DNA from: Chiloscyllium plagiosum
Lineage: Eukaryota
Length of the DNA stretch: 37,589 nt
Direction: 5' to 3'
NCBI RefSeq assembly: GCF_004010195.1
Contig: NW_025215139.1
Span: 28,881-66,469, forward strand
Shown here: piece by piece, positions 33,799-37,589 of the stretch
How the letters are laid out: the number at the start of each line of letters is the position of its first letter
Position numbering within the stretch: the first letter of the stretch is position 1
Notes under the pieces: generated by a model
Databases searched by the model: none
Told to the model about the DNA's origin: nothing
Seen by the model: the letters and a program-made list of their open reading frames with translations, nothing else
Translations under genes and position numbers: made by a program

Positions 33799-34089
33799 CT
33801 ACGCCATATGCTTTCCCTCAATCCACCCTCGAGGCTGTTACAGAGACATGCTGCTGTCCCTACGCCATGTGTTGCTTTCGTAATCCACGCTCGATGTTCT
33901 TACAGTGATATATTGCTGCCTCACCCCATGTGTCGTTCCCTCAAACCACCCTTCGATGTGGTTACAGAAATATACTGCTGGCCTACCCAATGTGTTGATC
34001 CCTCAATCCACCCTCGATGCTGTTACAGGGATATACTGCTGCCACTACCCTATGTATTGTGCCCTCCATCCACCCTCGAAGCTGTGACA
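33799..34089. repeat. Minisatellite with a 61-62 bp unit, about 4.7 copies
   Basis: CAATCCACCCTCGA.GCTGTTACAG.GATATACTGCTG...ATGTGTTG..CCCT units start at 33819, 33881, 33942, 34004 and 34066. Confidence 0.9.
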
Positions 34090-34239
34090 AAGATAGGGGG
34101 CCACCCATTCAACCAGTCGTTATCGTTACCATGAGATTGGAGGAGACCATTCTGCAAATTTTACGATTTACAGAGGAAAATAGAATTAATCATTTTAGCT
34201 CATTGAGTACATTTTACTGCACAGGACGCCATGTAAACA

Positions 34240-35220
34240 TCTCAGCTGCTACACAGGAAGCTGTTGCTAACAGGAAATAGATAGTAGAGATAAATGCTTA
34301 TTTTCACATTACAAACCTGTAACAGGTGGACTGCCTGAGAGATCACTATGGGATCATCAATGGTCAATATCTGTATCAAATATCTGGAGGAAGGGACTGA
34401 ATATATCAAAGCCCAATTAGCTTAAACACCAAGCAGTTCATCCAGTATGTCATCAAATGGAGGTCGTGTGTCATCAATGTGATATAGGCAAAGGGAGGTT
34501 AGTGAGCAAACCTTCACCAGATATAGCATAATGTGAGTTGTCTATTTTGGATGGAACGATAAAACAATGGTAAACAATTTAAGTGGAGAGAGATTGCAGA
34601 ACTCTTGGGTTTGCATGATACAGAAGGTTTGCATGATCCTGGTACACGAATCATATGCAGTTATGATATGGAAGATAAGTGGAATGATTGTGTTTCTGGC
34701 AAAGGGTACCAGGTTTAATCAGGAATGTTTTACAACATCTGTACCGGTAAAAGTGCGGAGTGCAGATGCTGGAGATCAGAGTCGAACAGAGTGAAGCTTG
34801 AAAAGCACAGTCAATCAGGCAGCATCCGAGGAGCAGGAGAATTGGCGTCACGGGTATAAGTCCTTCATCAGGAATATGCCCGAAACATCGAGTCTCCTGT
34901 TCGTTGGGTGCTGCCTGACCTGTTGTGGTTTTCCAGTATCACATTTTTCGTATCTTCATCTGTACAGGGCGTTGCTAAGACCACATCTGGCACATTATGC
35001 GCAGTTTTGATCCCTTAACCTAAATAAAAGTTTTAGAAGCTTATCAACAATGTTTTGTTCACACTTTCCTGGAATGAAGGCCTTTTGTTCTGAAACATTA
35101 TCAGTTTTGGACTTGGATGAGAAATCACTTAGAAGCATGTATGATTTTGAGAAAAATCAGCTGGATGCATATTTTCTCTTCCCGGGGAGACAACAACTAT
35201 GGAATAAATTTTAAGAATAA
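34240..35220 (+). repeat. Old CR1-type RT and C-terminal remnant
   Basis: CCTGTAACAGGTGGACTGCCTGAGAGATCA resembles PVTSGVPQGS; LYRALLRPHLAHYAQF resembles LYRALVRPHLEYCVQF. Confidence 0.75.
34749..34950. mobile_element. Short palindromic Penelope-derived insert (same family as 4491-4694)
   Basis: AAAGTGCGGAGTGCAGATGCTGGAGATCAGAGTCG...CCTTCATCAGGAA then inverted arm TATGCCCGAAACATCGAGTCTCCTG...; flanked by CATCTGTACCGG (34736-34747) / CATCTGTACAGG (34957-34968). Confidence 0.8.
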
Positions 35221-35694
35221 CATGTATTGATTTTAGCACAGATATTATGAAAACGTCAAACGATTTTTAAAAATTAAGCATATGCATATCATCAAATTAT
35301 AAAGCAAGAATTTTCTTTTTTGCTAATGAAAGGCACTGTGTATAACAACAGCAATGATGCACTTAAATATCGTCCATTATGATCCATTCTAGAGAATGTT
35401 CACGACGAGTGCAAGCGGTCCAGTTTGGTGTTCAGTTGACATGATTGTTTGTTTCAACACAGAGAGGGAGAACAATGCTCCCTGCCTGAGAAGCAACAGC
35501 CGATTGATCCCTCTATCTTCTTTTGTTCCACCTGACAACAGTAAATTTCTGACTCACCTCTACCTGATGAGTCGTGGAGAATCCCTGATGAGAGATTCGT
35601 TGGAATCTCTCTACCGTCTGAAGCAAAGGGCATTCAGCTAACTCCAACTATTCTGGGGAGAAATCACATCACAAGTAACTTGTCTGAGCAGAAT

Positions 35695-35996
35695 GGACGG
35701 TGTGGCATCTCAGTGGTTCGCACTGCCCCGCACAGCACCAGGGTCCCAGGTTTGATTCCAGCCTTGGGCGACTGTCTGTGTGGAATTTGAATATTCTCCC
35801 TGTGTCTGCGTGGGTTTCCTCCGGGTGCTCCGGATTCCTCCCACAGGTCAAAAATGTTCAGGCCGTGCTAAATTGCCCATAGTGTTCGGTGCATTAGCCA
35901 GAGGGAAATGGCACTGGGTAGGTTCATCTTTGGAGGGTCGGTGTGGACGAGTTGAGCTGAAGGGCCTGTTTTCACACTGTAGGGAATCTAATCTAA
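35695..35996 (+). mobile_element. HE1-type V-SINE
   Basis: TCTCAGTGGTTCGCACTGC, GGTTTGATTCC, V-domain, CTGTAGGGAATCTAATCTAA tail. Confidence 0.9.
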
Positions 35997-36659
35997 TAAC
36001 TTCAGAAGACAGAATAACATTTGGGACAGTCTATCATCTATCCACTTGTTATGAGTTCAACTATTATGAAACTCTGGAAAGCTTTCATATTTCTGTTTTA
36101 TCTTATGGTGTGTGTTTTTCACATTTTTGTAGAAGATGGGGCCAGGCGAACGTGAGCCATATCACTAAACTTTGAAATTTGTTGCGGAGCAGTGTGAATG
36201 CAAAAGGAAACACTGACCCTGCAACATTGATTGGAGCACGAATGACAAATTCTAAAAGGGCTGTTCAAGTGGGAATTCCTTTCCCCGGAAGTGTGTGGTG
36301 CCTGGATGCTTACATTTATTCAAAGTAGTGTCTGTTAAATATTTGAGAGACAAGTGAATGTAGGAAAATGATGCACATACAACAGAAGTACTGCTGTGAC
36401 TACAATCAGATCAGCTACGATCTCAGTGCGTGGCAAAACAAAGACAAAGTGCCTAATGGCCCACTCCTACTCCTCAGTCCCGTATTCCTATATTCCATTC
36501 AGCCCCTCACAGCTCTTGCATAGATGGAGGCCACTTGCTGGAAATACCGCGTCCACATTAATACAGGATCTTCTTCTGTCCCTCTCAATTGTCACACACA
36601 GTTTGGCGTGGGTTGAAAAATGTTAATTCAAAACCCAGGCTGGGCTCAAAAGATGCCTC

Positions 36660-36760
36660 TGGTCTATTTATAGAGTGTCTCCTCTCTGCAACTTGTGCTT
36701 CATTTGTTGGTCATGGTGCAGACCCAGATTCACTGTGAATTCAGTCCCCATACCTCACTC
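36660..36760 (-). promoter_or_regulatory. TATA promoter-module paralogue P3
   Basis: TATAAATAG at 36672-36664; shares CTATTTATAGAG, CATTTGTT, CATGG and ACCCAGA blocks, in the same order and at similar spacing, with 18452-18530. Confidence 0.5.
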
Positions 36761-36849
36761 AGAGATGATTCATAAAATGCTTTGCTCTCTCTAACTGCTA
36801 TATCCAATAACGGAATGTTCAGGAAAATTACAAACATTAACTTTCTAAT

Positions 36850-37589
36850 TACAGAATATGAGAACATAAGGAACATGATCGAATGGCAATTCGGATGATC
36901 AGGCCTGCCGTGACATTGTATAATATCATGGATGATCCACTGTTGCTATCAACTCTGCTTTATTTCGCAATTCTTTACATCCCTCAATTCTATGGCAGGT
37001 CAAAAACCCACCTACCTCCTCTGTAAATACTTGAAGTGAACTAGCTCCCCGAACAGTCTCGACCAGATAATTCCTGACATTCACTATCCTCTGTGAGAAA
37101 GTTATACACTCCCCAACCATATACAATAACCTATTTGTATGTTAAAAAGAGATGAATACAGTAGCTCATGTAAGAGTGACAGACCCTGATATCAAGGCCG
37201 GAGTTCACTCAGAATGGTATCAAGAAACGTTGATTAAATTAAAGTTAATACGAATCAGCCACAATCTCACCACTGGGGGGTCAGCCATCGCACAGAGGAA
37301 GAACTTCATGGTTGGTGGACATCAATCCTTTCAGTCCCGGGACATCCCTACAGGAAATCCTCAGGGTAGCTTCCTCGACACAGTCATCTTCAGCTGCGTC
37401 ATCAATGTCCTTCCCCATCATTACGTCAGAAATGGGGATGGTCTCTGAAGATCACACATTTTTCAGAACATTTTCCCCGCTCAGCTCCTGAAGCATTCTG
37501 TGTCTATGTACAGCAAGACCTGGACAGCAGTCAGGTTTGTGCTGTTAAAGTGTCGGTAACATTTATGTAATAGCACGGCCAGACTCTGC
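36850..37589. repeat. CR1-type 3' tail (-) fused to an L2/CR1-type RT fragment (+); paralogous to 4730-5450
   Basis: ORF 37152-37448 GNPQGSFLDTVIFSCVINVLP; shared junction CACTCCCCA..CATATAC. Confidence 0.75.

Noticed and set aside
33799..34089. CRISPR-like periodic array
   Set aside because: Units are homologous along their whole length with no unique spacers; vertebrate context and no cas genes.
35585..35615. CTGATGA followed by a hairpin, as a possible hammerhead
   Set aside because: The required GAAA after stem II is absent (TCTA), and there is no pLTR context.

Overview
Eukaryotic, repeat-dense DNA from a cartilaginous fish (shark; inferred from abundant HE1/V-SINEs ending in (TAATC)n, SacSINE1-like SINEs, CR1/HER1 LINEs and Penelope-derived repeats), with two N-gaps. 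There are no prokaryotic features, no CRISPR array and no intact long CDS. Main content: (1) a full-length but decayed LTR retrotransposon on the minus strand (6774-13461) with the unusual gag-PR-IN-RT-RH order of Gmr1-like Ty3/gypsy elements, whose RT is interrupted by a head-to-tail SINE dimer inside a single 9-bp target duplication; (2) the 5' part of a minus-strand GPR139/GPR142-like class A GPCR gene (TATA box, candidate non-coding exon, first coding exon 16353-16221 with a phase-1 GT donor; the large 7TM exon was not found in the window); (3) three paralogous copies of a promoter-like module plus shared TE-junction fingerprints, pointing to an old tandemly duplicated cluster; (4) several short Penelope-derived hairpin inserts and pLTR pieces carrying minimal hammerhead-ribozyme cores; (5) a recent ~1-kb tandem duplication with templated-insertion scars; (6) a possible intron-containing Harbinger Myb/SANT-like relic; (7) a 62-bp minisatellite. 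Family names come from recalled consensus motifs, not database searches, and boundaries of old repeats are approximate.
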